64,000 nucleotides of DNA from Octopus sinensis (lineage: Eukaryota), in contig NC_043015.1 of the NCBI RefSeq assembly GCF_006345805.1, forward strand, positions 23,622,001-23,686,000. Reading direction: 5' to 3'. The notes beneath the pieces are model-generated. The model was not told the DNA's origin and ran no database searches. It saw only the letters and a list, made by a program, of their open reading frames with translations. Positions 39,886 through 52,585 of this stretch are shown here, in pieces. The position numbers and the translations under genes are program-made. Numbering within the stretch: the first letter of the stretch is position 1; every line of letters starts with the position of its first letter.

Positions 39886-40989
39886 ATTAATTTAGTTTTA
39901 TTTTTAATTTTCCTCAATTTCAAATTAAAATAATGTTTTTTGTGTGAGTTAAATAAACTATCAAAATATTTGGTAAAATGGAATTAAATAAAAACAAATG
40001 AAAGAAAAAGATGGAGGGCTGGACAAGTTGGAGTCGGAAAACCAAGTAATGAAAGAAATATAGAAAAAAGATTAAAAGAGAAAATAAAATGAAATAAATA
40101 ATAAAATTCGTAGAGAGTTAAAAGAAGGAGACACAATGCATAAAAGATTATAGGCAGGAAATAGAAGGGTAAAATAGGGAAGAAAATCGACGAAGAGATT
40201 GGCATTGGAATATGCTGTGTATGTGTGTGTGTGTTTTGTTTTGCTTTTTAAGATGTTAAAGCACATTAGAACAGTGCCGGAAGAAGCTCCACCATTATGA
40301 ATGATCAAAATCACACTTGCGTCGACAATACTAATATCTGATTAATAACTCTGTAATTATTAGCTTTACGAAGATTTGTAATTAAGCAAATTCGCATTTG
40401 ACATTTTCCCTCAAAGATTAAACTTTAACAAAACGGAATAAAGAAAAGGAAAATTAAAAACTTTAAAAGAAATGAAAACAAATATGGCTAAAAAAGAAGA
40501 CAACTGACACACGCCGAGATAAAAAAAAATTGTGTTTGACCTCAAAGAATGTTTTAATTCGATAAAAATCCAATTCCCTTGAAAACTGGACATGACTGAG
40601 CTTGTTGTGAGCTGTATTACAAGTCACCGTAGGAAGAAAAAAATACAATTTATTTGTAATGTGTGCTTTCGTTTTGTTTTCAGATAATATTCATTCTTAC
40701 CCAACTGCACATTGTAAATAATTAGGGTCTGCAATGGAAGATAACTAAATTCAATCGAAGGCGTACACATATGGTGGCACAACATGCTAGCAATAAAAGC
40801 ATGTGTCTAATATTTTTAAAGCATGACATTTATAAATATAGCAATATTCACCAATCTCTCCATCTATCTTCACCGCCCGCTATTTCTGAAAGTATCGTCG
40901 GTGTACAGCACTCAAACACCTATTTATAGGTTTCTATCAGAAACAATCACTATTTCACTTAACCTATTGGGTTTCCAGAAGTAGTCAAC

Positions 40990-41250
40990 TCAGACAATTG
41001 ATATTATCTAACCACATCATTCTTAGTCTACTCCACAGTTTCCTTCCGGTTAGATCAGCTTGAAGAATCCGTCCCGTGTTTCTTTCTTGTGACATTGTTA
41101 TGGCATTTCCACAGGCCCAGGACTGTGACTTCTCAATGCAGAGAAATAGTGGCTTGACTTTTAGTGACTCTCAGAATTCCTTCGGAAGAATTTCATTTCG
41201 ACCGTTTGCATTCGCGATTGTACAATTAGAGAGAACGAAAACAACTTATA
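40990..41250 (-). mobile_element. Degraded RTE-type LINE 3' fragment
   Basis: Minus-strand translation ESLKVKPLFLCIEKSQ...RILQADLTGRKLWSRLRMMWLDNI resembles the RTE C-terminal GxRxRGRPxxRWxDNI region. Confidence 0.55.
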
Positions 41251-42770
41251 TTTGTTTTATCATATGGACGTAACCATGACAAAACTGTCATTAAATAACA
41301 ATCACAACATCAGAGGATTAATCAATCACACAATGCTTAATCAGTGGTGGATCGTCCTTCTAATATAATGAGTACCTGTCATTTTATTAATTGTATAATC
41401 AGAAATAAAATATTCTTTTGTGGCCATATGCTCTGAGTAATTCAGGTTTTTGTTGGATTTCATTTCTAAAATACCTTGCCTTGTTTGAGATGCTGCTGGT
41501 TTGTGGAATCTCACTCTTTCTCTGTCTCTCCTATTCTTGGAGAGTCACCATTTTTTGCGCTAAATTTTTCTCATATTCTCATGCCAACCATTATCGCGAG
41601 CTTCCACTCATCACTTATTTCCAATTTCTTCTCATTCATTGGCATACACATCCATGTACTTCGCCATTTTCTCTTCAGTTTTTAACCTCAGTTCTTGAAC
41701 AAGATTTCGAAACGTTATATTTTACATTCCATCAAATGAATGAACTCATCCAACCTTTCTATGAACTCTGAAATCAACAAAGAACCTCTCAGAATTTCAA
41801 CCACTTTCACTTACTTAGGCATGTTTGGATTAGATATGGCTGCTGAATTAATCTTAAAATACTTCGAATACGAAAAGCAAATTCGATAAAATAAAAGGGA
41901 AAAAAGTATCAAAATGTATTTTGGCTCATAAAATATATGTATTGGCGTTACTTTATCTAATTGTCTGCTTAACTTAATCCGAAATAAAAATATACCATTC
42001 TATCCATATTCAACAGAGTAGGGGCCACGATACAAATCCTGGATGGTGTATCTATCAAAACAATGGATCAGTGTAGGCAGTAAATTTCATGTCAGTGTAA
42101 TAATATCCATTCCAAAATGTGTGGACATACTTATTGGTTTTCACTTCTTTTTCTCTTTTTTCTATAAAAGAAAAATACTTCTATTATCTCTTTCGGTACT
42201 TCCTTTTCCAACTTTCATTTTTCTCTTTCTTTCCTCTCTTTTCTTTTTATTACTGTTTGTTTTTATGACGTCTGATTCCAAAATTCCAAACATATAAGAA
42301 TCTTCATTTCTATTTCGTTGCAGAGAGAATAAGATTGTGCTTATTTATCTCAATGACTAACTTATCCACACATTAAATCCACCTGCGAAAGTTGCATGCC
42401 ATAATCTTGACAGTTTTATTTATTTATTTTACTCAACAACAACAAACAAACAGTCACACAAATGTATTACTGTCCTGCACTTTACTAATATTTCTTATCT
42501 CGTCTTTTCGTTTCCTTATTTTTCTCCCTATAATACTTTGCGTAACTGAGCTATAAATCCACAGGTGTGGCTATTATTATGAAAGAAGCTTCATGCGGAC
42601 ACTTTAAGTATTCGATCTACTACACAACCGAATATAAAACATTATATTAATTCAGTTCCTAACCATTTACCATCCTTTCTTTTCTTTCCTCTTCTAAAGA
42701 GCCGTTCATGCAATAATATTGAAATAATATTATTGATGGTCTTTTATACACACGTACATCCATATATATA

Positions 42771-42836
<66 letters not shown>

Positions 42837-43378
42837 CTGTATATGTATGTTTGTTTGTATATATGTATATATTTGTATCTATATATATGTACGTCTGTGA
42901 GTATGTGTTTGTGTGTAAGCAATAGGCCTCTCGTGTTTATAAACACAACTGCAGCGAAGCTTATCAATTAGAAGAACCCCTTTTCTTTTGTGAACATCGT
43001 GAATATTGAGTATACGGTGAAAGACCAGACCAACTTTTCTAAAAAGCTATCTCTCCTCTCTGTTGATTTTATCAATATTATGATAAAAAGAGTCAGCAGG
43101 AATGCGTGTCTCCGCTATACAATGCCTAAGCAAGGGGCTGCATTTCACAAGAGAAAATGTCTTCAAGTAAGCAAAAAGGATCACTTACAATATATATTAT
43201 AGTTAGTTTGAAACTTCTTCCATATGACTTTAATCTCGGAATCGACTCCACAGTTAACCTAATCAGATGAAATTCTATTGTATTGTTCAGGATATCAAAT
43301 AATAATATTCAAGCAGTTACTTTATTCACCCTATCGGTTACAGAATAGATCAATATTTGTGTATATGATATACATACT

Positions 43379-43452
<74 letters not shown>

Positions 43453-43859
43453 TATATAGGTACATGCATATATGTGTCTGTATATATGTATGCAAATACT
43501 TATATATAAACGTGTGTATGTGTATATATACTCACACACACAGACCTACCGATATAAATATAAGCAGTTCAGTGGTCACAGTAACAATAAGGTAAATATT
43601 GATTTCCAACATAGGCAAAATCTCACATATATTGGATAAGTAGAAACGATTAAATCTTAGAGTTTTGAAGCTATTGCCACACTGATTTACTTGCAACAAA
43701 AAGAATCTTTTCTGTGAATCTTTCCCTTCCCTCTCCATTTGGAATGGAAGTTTCTTTTCGTTATTTACCTGAGCCCTAACCTCCATAGTATAGAATTCAA
43801 CGATACTGTGGTTTCCATTTGATATAATGCTGTTCCCCGACTCGCCCCCTTTGTATGCA

Positions 43860-44055
43860 AAACGGAACTTGCCAGCCTTGAAATGCTCAAGTGTTTCGCC
43901 CGTCGCTACGTTCTGAGTTCAAATTCCTCCGAGGTCGACTTTGCCTTTCATCCTTTCTGGGTCGATAAATTAAGTACCAGTTGAATACTGGGGTCGATCA
44001 AATCGACTGCCCCCCACCAAAAAAAAAATTTTCGGGCCTTGTGCCCAGAGTTTAA
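43860..44055 (+). mobile_element. OK-like SINE
   Basis: GTTCTGAGTTCAAATTCCTCCGAGGTCGACTTTGCCTTTCATCC...GGGCCTTGTGCCCAGAG. Confidence 0.85.
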
Positions 44056-44289
44056 AACAGAGAATGTACACAATTTTCGATGCGTAATTTTGGTTGAACG
44101 AAGGCAGAAAAATCGTTGAATATTCAAGTATATGCTGTCAGTTGTGCATGATATGGTTACTAAAAAGTGCTTTCCTTCGACCTGTGTTCGAATTGGCCCT
44201 ATCTCGACAATTTCATTGGTATTTTATTTAATTGTAATTCAAAATTGATACAATTCTTAGTATTGGGGATACTTGAAGTTTATAAGCAG

Positions 44290-44450
44290 GTGAAAGCCTG
44301 GCTGTGTGGTAAGAAGATTGCTTCCCAATCAGATCGCTCCAGATACAGTCGTACTGAATGGAACTTTCAGCAAGTGTCTTTTACTGCATACCTGGGTTTT
44401 TAAAAGCCTTGTGAGTAGATTTGGAAGATTGAAACTGTAAGAAATCGTTG
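44290..44450 (+). mobile_element. tRNA/CORE SINE 5' fragment
   Basis: GGCTGTGTGGTAAGAAGATTGCTTCCCAA..AGCCTTGTGAGTAGATTTGG. Confidence 0.7.
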
Positions 44451-45519
44451 TAAAGTTTGAATCAAATGTCACTAAGGGCTGCAATATTTAATAACTTATT
44501 TGTTCTTGAAAATTAATTTTTTTATCTTTTACAAATTTCATAAAGAATATCTTCGAGGTTAATCATGGAAAAGTTCACGACCGAAAAGTGAACACAAATT
44601 GTGAATTTTTACTATCGAAACCAAACATCAATAATTCTAAATGAAAGGGAATATCGTCGTCATTACGATGAGAAGGATTCTTTAAGCGGATCAACAATGA
44701 GACGTTTTGAGGGACAGGGTTCAATGAGCAATCTTCAATGAAATGGCAAACCTTGTTCCGTTTGGAACGAAGCCATAGTCAGGCGTCTAAAGGAGAAAGT
44801 TAAAGAACCAAGCACATTAATGCTTGACAACCATTACTTGACAGCTAATGCTGGTTTGTTTACGTCCCTGTAAATTAGCGCCATGAACAAAGAGACCGAT
44901 AGAGTAAGAACCAAACTTAAAAATACTAAGTACTTGGCTTGTTCTGCTCAGCTAAACCCTCCAGGTGCCCCATTATAGTCCCACTCCAATGACTGAAACA
45001 AATAAAAGGTAAAATTTAAATATTGTAATTGTAGAGCATAGAGCGAATGGTTAGATTCACACCGGTTTCCTTTAGTTCTCCGCACTAATTATTCAAATAA
45101 TGAAACTATACTAAATATATTCAAATGTCTTGAAGTGCATTCTACAAATTCCTGAGTGAATTCAAACAAGAGTAATATTGGCATTAAATAGTTAAAGATA
45201 TGCAACAGAAATTTAAAATGCGATACGGATTAGGAAATGAACTGACAAGCTAGTTGATTAGTTGCTGTGGTATAGAACCTGGTTATATCTCATCAGGAAA
45301 CAAGCGAATACTTTGGAAGACATATTTTCCATTATTTTTGCCCTCTTTTACACTGTCTTTCCCGGTATTGCAAGAACATCAAAGTAGTATTAGGAGTTGG
45401 GAACGGAAGGCAGGGAAAGGGGTTAAAGCTTCGGTCATCGGTTTGAGATATTTCGAACGGGATCATGTCTTGATGTTCTGCTGACCAGCAATAATCCTAT
45501 TATTAATTAAAAGCAACAT

Positions 45520-45522
45520 CCC

Positions 45523-45559
<37 letters not shown>

Positions 45560-45575
45560 TCCATCACCCCCATAC

Positions 45576-45608
<33 letters not shown>

Positions 45609-45812
45609 ACAACAACAACAACGGCAGCAAAATCAGCAGCAACAGCAGCAGCGTTGTCATCGTCCTCGTTCACGTGAACATTAGGATAATGGCCATTCTA
45701 ATCAGCGCCGACGATATCCTCATTACCTTCATAATCAGCACCAGTACCAGCAACGGCACCACTATCAATAGCAACAGCAGCAGTGGTAGTAGCAGCAGCG
45801 GTAGTAACAGTT

Positions 45813-45857
<45 letters not shown>

Positions 45858-45860
45858 TCG
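45520..45860. repeat. (CAT)n, (CAA/CAG)n and (AGT)n triplet tracts
   Basis: Direct reading. Confidence 0.85.
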
Positions 45861-46799
45861 GCCGACTATTGCATATTGTATTTCAAAGCAACTTGCATTA
45901 TATGCGCAGCGAACGAAAAATGCAGATCAAATTCTTACGCACGTGTTTGTTTGTTTGTATGTGTGTGTGTGTAATGTGTGTGTGTGTGTATGTGTGTGTG
46001 TGTGCGTGTATGTGTCTATGCGTTTGTCTGTGTGTGTATATGCTTGTTTATGCATATCTATAACGCATGCACCTCTGCTTGTTGACGTTGCGTGGATGCA
46101 TGTATTCATGCATTACGAGTATGTGCATTTATGGCAGTTTCTATGCTATATTACAGAGAATGTAAAAAACAGACACGGCGTGTTCATTGGTGAAAGTCAG
46201 AAGCTAGAAAGTGCAACACAAAATTTCAATTACAGATTATACGAGGAAAAAAAAACTAATTCGACTTCGTCAACGCCTGTCAATAAGAATATGTTTTGAA
46301 ACGGTAGATGTCACTGTAGATTGTCGTAGTGGTGGTGGTGAGGTGATGGAGATGAGGTGGTTGTTTATCTCGAAATACAATAACCTAACATACATTGACA
46401 CAACACAAGCTATGGGTGAATGATCATCTACGATCTGTTTCGCTTATAAGCCTACATAAAACACGTAGCCCACACACATGCTCACGCGCACAAAGAGACG
46501 CACACGAACAGGCACACTTGTTTATACATACATGTGTGTGTGTGTTTGTAAATGTAAGATATATATATAAACACGATTTGTATACATGTTAGAAGTAAAT
46601 AGACATCCCATAAAACATCGTTTTCTGCTTATTCTAACTTGTAAAGGTTAGTGTTGGTGTGAGTGTATGCTTGTTTGGAGAGGTTAAGGGTGTTTGGTTT
46701 CACAGAGATATCCTGGGTGGTTTTTAGCATTCTATGGGGTTCACGTGCTTCTGTTGTTGTTGTTGTTGTTGTTGTTGCTCTTGTTGTTGTTAAGGATGA

Positions 46800-47520
46800 G
46801 GCTGCGGTTTATTAAAAGGTATCTTATTGCTGTTACTGTTGTTGTGGTGCGATGTAGGCTGGAAGTATGGCCGCGTACCTCCAACCTTTTGGGGGCACAA
46901 GGCTCATTTTGTCGCTTTTGGTCCCAAGGATTTTGCGCTTGAGCCTCCTGCTTTCCACGATGACACACAGTCCTACCTCGTTGAGCAACTGGATCTGGTT
47001 TTACATGGATTGATATTTCTATTTTGATCCCGAACCAGTTCTCCCTGCTGCTCATTTTTACCCCCAAGAATAACTCAGGGTCCTGCACCACACAGGCGAC
47101 AATTTACCAGATGTTTACGCCCAGAGACACGCAATTTGCACTAATTCTGGTCGTTCTCTTTGTGGGGTAGGTAGGATACAAGACCCATTCCTCTGTCCAC
47201 CTGGGTGACACAGCGTGTCTTCTCACGAGTCCTCACTTTTAAAGAAGACTTCAATTCTGGCAAACAGCCGCCCTCTCTGTATACGGGTCACATTTACCAA
47301 AATTTCTCTGAGACCCTTCTCGATGTAACCGATGGCGGCTATTTCGGATATCCTTCTTTTGCGAGATACACATATTCTCTTTTGGCCCTGTTATTTTAGG
47401 AGATACGAGTACTGCTGCCCTTTCCGCATCAAATTTACTAATGTCTTTCGATTTTGAGAGATCACGTGTTTTGTCATCGAATACGATGACAAGCACTTCT
47501 CTCTTTGTTCGCAGCATCAG
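46800..47520 (-). mobile_element. Degraded Tx1/L1-type ORF1 remnant, homologous to 56480-58361
   Basis: Frameshifted translation ..LVNVTRIQRGRLFARIEVFF..WVLYPTYPTKRTTR..FLGVKMSSRENWFG aligns with ..IKFITREVKYATMWLLF..FLPTYCGKSLTR..LLSVNILPTADWEG. A degenerate knuckle (GRTVCHRGKQ) follows. Confidence 0.55.
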
Positions 47521-47769
47521 CTAACTAATTAATTTTGTTATTGTTTTTCTAGTTCTTGTCACCGTCGTTTAGCATTGTGTCTGCTACTACTATCACTGCC
47601 ACTGTTGCTGTTTTTTCACGTTGTTGCTGCCCTCCCTACTACAACAACTTTTGCTCCTGTCACTGCTGCTGTTGCTGTCACTGCTGCTGTTGCTGTCACT
47701 GCTGTTACTATGAGGTGGACTTTGTACTTTTTCTCCTTTTGTTTTCTCCTCCCCTTCGCCTGTATTTTT

Positions 47770-49963
47770 GCCAGCAAATGAGGGAAAGGGAAGAAATCTT
47801 CAGCAGTCACTAGATCTGCGATAGCGGGAGGAGGAGAATTTCAGCACGAGTCTGAAATTCATTACAGGATGGAGTGAGGGGGATGAAACGCAGACCCCTA
47901 CTGAGGATGGGGCGCTCCGCCTCAGAGAGGAGAAGATCTGGGGGAATGGTAACAACAGACTGAAGTGGAGAATGGGTGGATGGAATAGAAGTAGGAGGGA
48001 TGGTAGGGCTGGTGGAAGACTGGGAGGGAGGGGTGGGGATGTGTGAGGGGGACCGAAATTAAGGTAGACGAGATCACAAGAGAACTGGAAAAGAAAGACC
48101 AGGCAGTAGGGAAGACAAGCAACAGCATAAGAGATACAGCTCAAACCAAAGAAGAACCTAAAGGAAAAAAATAATAAATGTGCTACCAATAATGATGGGA
48201 CAACTGGCACCATTGACTTACGGGGTTTAAATGAGGAAGATCAGAAGATTTTAGATGAGTTGCAGGAAGTAATGTGAAAAGGAGTTAGTAACAGATTGCC
48301 AACATTAAAAAGCACCAACAGAAGGAAGCTTCTAGAAATGACTAGGAAAGTAGATTCTGTTATCAGGAGGATAGACACTAACATATTGATCTATACAGGA
48401 GGGGCAGTAGTCACTAGAAGTTTATATCTCTCACAGAGAAACATCTAAAACATCCAAATGTGGAAAAGGAGACAATAAAATAAAGTGAAGACTTTAAGAC
48501 AAGATCTGAGTAGAATAGAAGCGTTGAAACGGAACAAGTTAGAAAACCCAAGATGCAATATTCCCTTGAGAAAAGATACAGAGTCAAAGAGAAAGGATTT
48601 GGGATAGTAATAAAAAAAGTTGAAATAGCGTATCATAGCAGGAAAGCTCTCCAAGTATCAGAAAATAATAGACCAATATCAACAGAAGAGATTATTTCAG
48701 ACAGAGCAGAGAAGATTTTATAACCAAATAAATAATGGAGAATGTAATACTGAAGATGAGAAACCTAAGGCAGAAGCTAGAAATTTCTTGAATAATATTT
48801 GGGAAAAGCCAGCCAATCATAATGGAAATGCAGTATGGTTAGAGGAAGTGAGAGAAGAAATAGTGAGTTAGAAGCAGCCATATCTAAGATTAACTAGTGC
48901 ATTAATGAGTGAAGTGATAGAAAATACCGAAGTGGATAGGCCCAGGACCAGATTTAGTTCAAGGGTACTGGCTAAAGAAATTTAGTAGATTACATGGGAT
49001 GCTGAAGGGACAACTTCAGGATTGCTTTAATAGAGGAATTTTTTAAAGACTCCGCCGGTTACGACGACGAGGGTCCCAGCTGATACGATCAACGGAACAG
49101 CTTGCTCGTGAAATTAACGTGCAAATGGCTGAGCATTCCACAGACACGTGTACCCTTAACGTAGTTCTCGGGAATAATCAGCGTGACACAGAGAGTGACA
49201 AGGCTGACCCTTTGAAATACAAGTACAACTCATTTTTGCCAGCTGAGTGGACTGGAGCAACGTGAAATAAAGTGTCTTGCTCAAGGACACAACGCGTCGC
49301 CGGGAATCGAACTCACAACTTTACGATCATGAGCCGAATGCCCTAACCACTAAGCCACGCGCCCTCACTCAATAGAGGAATAATACCAAACTGGATTACT
49401 GTAGGGGAAACAATGCCCATTGTGAAAGATAAGAGCAAGCGTAATATAGATAGCAACTATAGACCTATCACTTGCTTATCGTTAGTGTGAAAGCTATTTA
49501 CAGGAATGCTTTCAGAAAGCATTTACGAGCCAGGTGTTGACAGCTTCGATTTTATTCCGTCCATTCAATGTGGACTTTAGGATCAGTCTGCGCAAGTACT
49601 CCACCCTAAATTTTTCTGTCATTTCTTTCTCCATCAAATTATCCATTCCCAAATTCCCCAAGTACTTATAGCTCGTCTCTTCTATCTGCTTTATAACCTG
49701 ACCCGACGGTATCGTTAGCCCATCCATACATTTGAGTTTGCCTCTCTTCAAGACTAACACACCCCACTTGATCATTCCGAACTCCATTCCGATATCAGCA
49801 CTGAAGGTATACACCGTATGAACAAGGGAACTGACTTGGGCTTAATCTTTACGATAAGTTTGAGGTCATCCATGAATAACAAATTGTTGACTTTTTGTTG
49901 GCGGCTTCTCAACTCATACCCAGCTTTCGCTTTCTTCTGAATCAGTGTTAGTGGTATCAAGCA

Positions 49964-49964
<1 letters not shown>
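47770..49964 (+). mobile_element. R4/Dong-clade element (third family): 5' part on plus, RT core inverted (49529-49964, minus)
   Basis: Plus strand: LPTLKSTNRRKL, QKRLFQTEQRRFY, GPDLVQGYWLKKF, NYRPITCL. Minus strand: CLIPLTL, NNLLFMDDLKL, SYKYLG, NKIEAVNTW. The minus part abuts (TAA)n at 49965-50004. Confidence 0.85.
49040..49370 (-). mobile_element. Full-length tRNA/CORE SINE inserted into the Dong element, with an 11-bp TSD
   Basis: A box TGGCTTAGTGG, B box GTTCGATTCCC, CORE-like TGTGTCCTTGAGCAAGACACTT, A-rich end. TSD AATAGAGGAAT at 49029-49039 and 49371-49381. Confidence 0.92.
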
Positions 49965-50005
<41 letters not shown>

Positions 50006-50874
50006 CATCATCCTCATAGCTATTATAAATAATCTCCGCTTTCCGTCATCTATTTGAAATGGAAAAATTGAAACAACTTTACTCCGAGGAAAGAGAGGAA
50101 AATCTATTTAACGAACACAAAATTTGTATCTACAGACTTTTTTAATTAGTATAAAAATTTTAATTTATATTTCCTGTGTATTTCTCAATGATATTGGTCA
50201 ATTATATTGGAATAAGAGCGTGAAAAGATTCTGTACTAAAACAGACGAATTGTCATCTTTGAAATGTTAAGAAAATGTAAATGAAAGAAAAAAGAAAAAT
50301 AGTAGACAGACATTATTGATTTGCTTCTGTGAACATGACAAAAGAACGGGTTGGGTGGTAGAGTATTGGATGTTTCAGTCATTAAGAAAATAGTCTATAT
50401 TTCTAAATTATGATGAACATAACTTAAACGCGTAAACATTTTTATGTATTGACACTCATCGACGCATGATTGCATACATATATACAGAGAGAGAGGGGGA
50501 GGGAGGAAGAGAGGGAGACAGAAAGATGTATAAAATTGTATTAGAAAACAAAATGTATATTACGAGGTATAGTTCATTACAGAGCTTCACTCACAACTTT
50601 TCCGATACTGTACCTGAGTATCTCATTAAGACCTTAGACGTTTTGGGAGTAGGATATGTGATGAAGAAATATGGAGATATTTCTATCTTATATCTGCTTG
50701 TGTATATATATGTAATGTATAAATAAACACACATACATGTACGCACACACACATACATTTAGGCACTTAGAGTAAAAATTTCATAGCACCACATTGAAAT
50801 GACGATGTTTTACATTACAGTCCTTGTTTGGGTACCATAGCCCATGTTTGTAAATAGATGTTTTTTTTTTGCAG

Positions 50875-52325
50875 CTATATTCAAGTGTAGCTGGTTTATA
50901 TAGAATTTGTTGGAGATATTCGTCCAAGTCCCTCTTGAATGCTTAGGTTTCTTTTCTTATGTGTCTTGGTATGATGCTAATGTGAGCAAGGCTAGTTGAG
51001 GTGATGTGGTTTAGTCTTATTGTTATAGCGTGAGGTTAACATGATTTTTGTAGACGACGGCTATAACGGGAACCAAGTCTTCAGTGAATTCTAAAGCTGA
51101 TGCCAACAGTATTGGGGCTGTGTTATTGAAATATTTTCCACATCAAACCCAGGATATGACGTTCACGACAACGTTGGAGGGATTAAAGTTTGAGTTTCAC
51201 GTGACGATTCTGATAATGAAGACCTGTCATATAATATTTTCCTTGTGATCGATCTGTTGGGCTCTTCAGTATTTTCATATTGGGAGACTCAGCGGGCAAA
51301 ATTATTTAAGGTGAGGGCGGGAGAAGGTGAAAACCAGAACAATAATTGTAGGATCGCCTCCAGACCGAAACGTTGTGAGGAACCAGGAGCACACCTTTTC
51401 ATATTGGGAGACTCAGCGGACAACGCTATTTAAGGTGAGGACGAGAGAAGGTGAAGACCAGAACGATAATTTTAGGATCGCCCCTAAACCGAAAAGTGGA
51501 GAGGAACCAGGAGCACACTCTGCAGGTCATGTCGATTTTGTTGTTTATGTGAGCACTCCAGCTTCAGGTGTTATCGACAGTTACTCCCATTTCCATATCG
51601 TTGTTTGATGCCACAAGGTTTACGCTCGAGGTGAGTGTGTATAGTTGCTAAAGCGCAGCCTCTTCGCCAAAGTATATTCAAATTTAATCTTATTTAAATG
51701 CATATTGTATTTTTTTTTAACACATCGGATAACAGTGAGCCGATCTGAATGAAGAGTAGTATGATAACGACTCTTGCCGTATTTGATCGAAAACCATCGA
51801 TCATTTCATGCTGGATTCTGTTCACTAGAATGCATTCAATCTACTTTAATAATTTCCTTCGGACTCCAGTGTTCGATAGTTTTTTAATTGAATGCTCTAG
51901 TTAATCTTGTCGAAGGCCTTTCAGAATTTCAGATAGATGACATCTCCATTGGAGCCCACTCTCGAAGCCTTTAGGACATCATCAAAGAGATATAGGAGCT
52001 GTTAGTCCCTGACATTACAGAAACGATGTTGGTCGAAAAAAAACAGTCTGTTACTTTCCAGGAAGTGAGTTACTCAAGATTTCAGCATTGTCTCAAATAA
52101 TTTGATGACAAAAGAGGTAATTGAGATCGGGCGGTAAAACCTTGACAGCAATTCATTGCACCTTTTGAAAATTTGGACACTCAACTGGGATAGGAATGTT
52201 TCAGGAATGTGGCCAGCGTCGAGAGAGTTCCTCCAGGGAATAGCTAAAAGGAAAGCCAGTTCATGACAGCTCTCCTTCCGAAATCTACCGGGGAAAATGT
52301 CGGAGCCTATAGCTGAGTTTGTTAA
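50875..52325 (-). mobile_element. Degraded CR1/L2-type LINE (RT to 3' end) with an internal 124-bp tandem duplication
   Basis: Translations YRPISITSFVIKLFE, DVIYLKF*KAFDKI, RPHLK*RCPL (duplicated, 51272-51519), RERHILGLMWKIF and FKRDLDEYL. Confidence 0.8.
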
Positions 52326-52335
52326 TATCTGTTAC

Positions 52336-52585
<250 letters not shown>

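Noticed and set aside
43769-43890. Candidate minus-strand coding exon (..FAYKGGESGNSIISNGNHSIVEFYTMEVRAQ, donor CAG/GTAAAT)
   Set aside because: The upstream part is antisense SINE sequence, I recognise no homology, and an open frame of this length is expected by chance.
44500-44800. Possible mariner N-terminal fragment (MEKFTTEK.. TMRRFEGQGS)
   Set aside because: Too short and degraded, with no catalytic motifs or TIRs to support a call.
51272-51519. Novel 124-bp tandem repeat
   Set aside because: The minus strand encodes the CR1-type RT thumb segment (..RPHL..CPL..). It is an internal duplication of a dead LINE.
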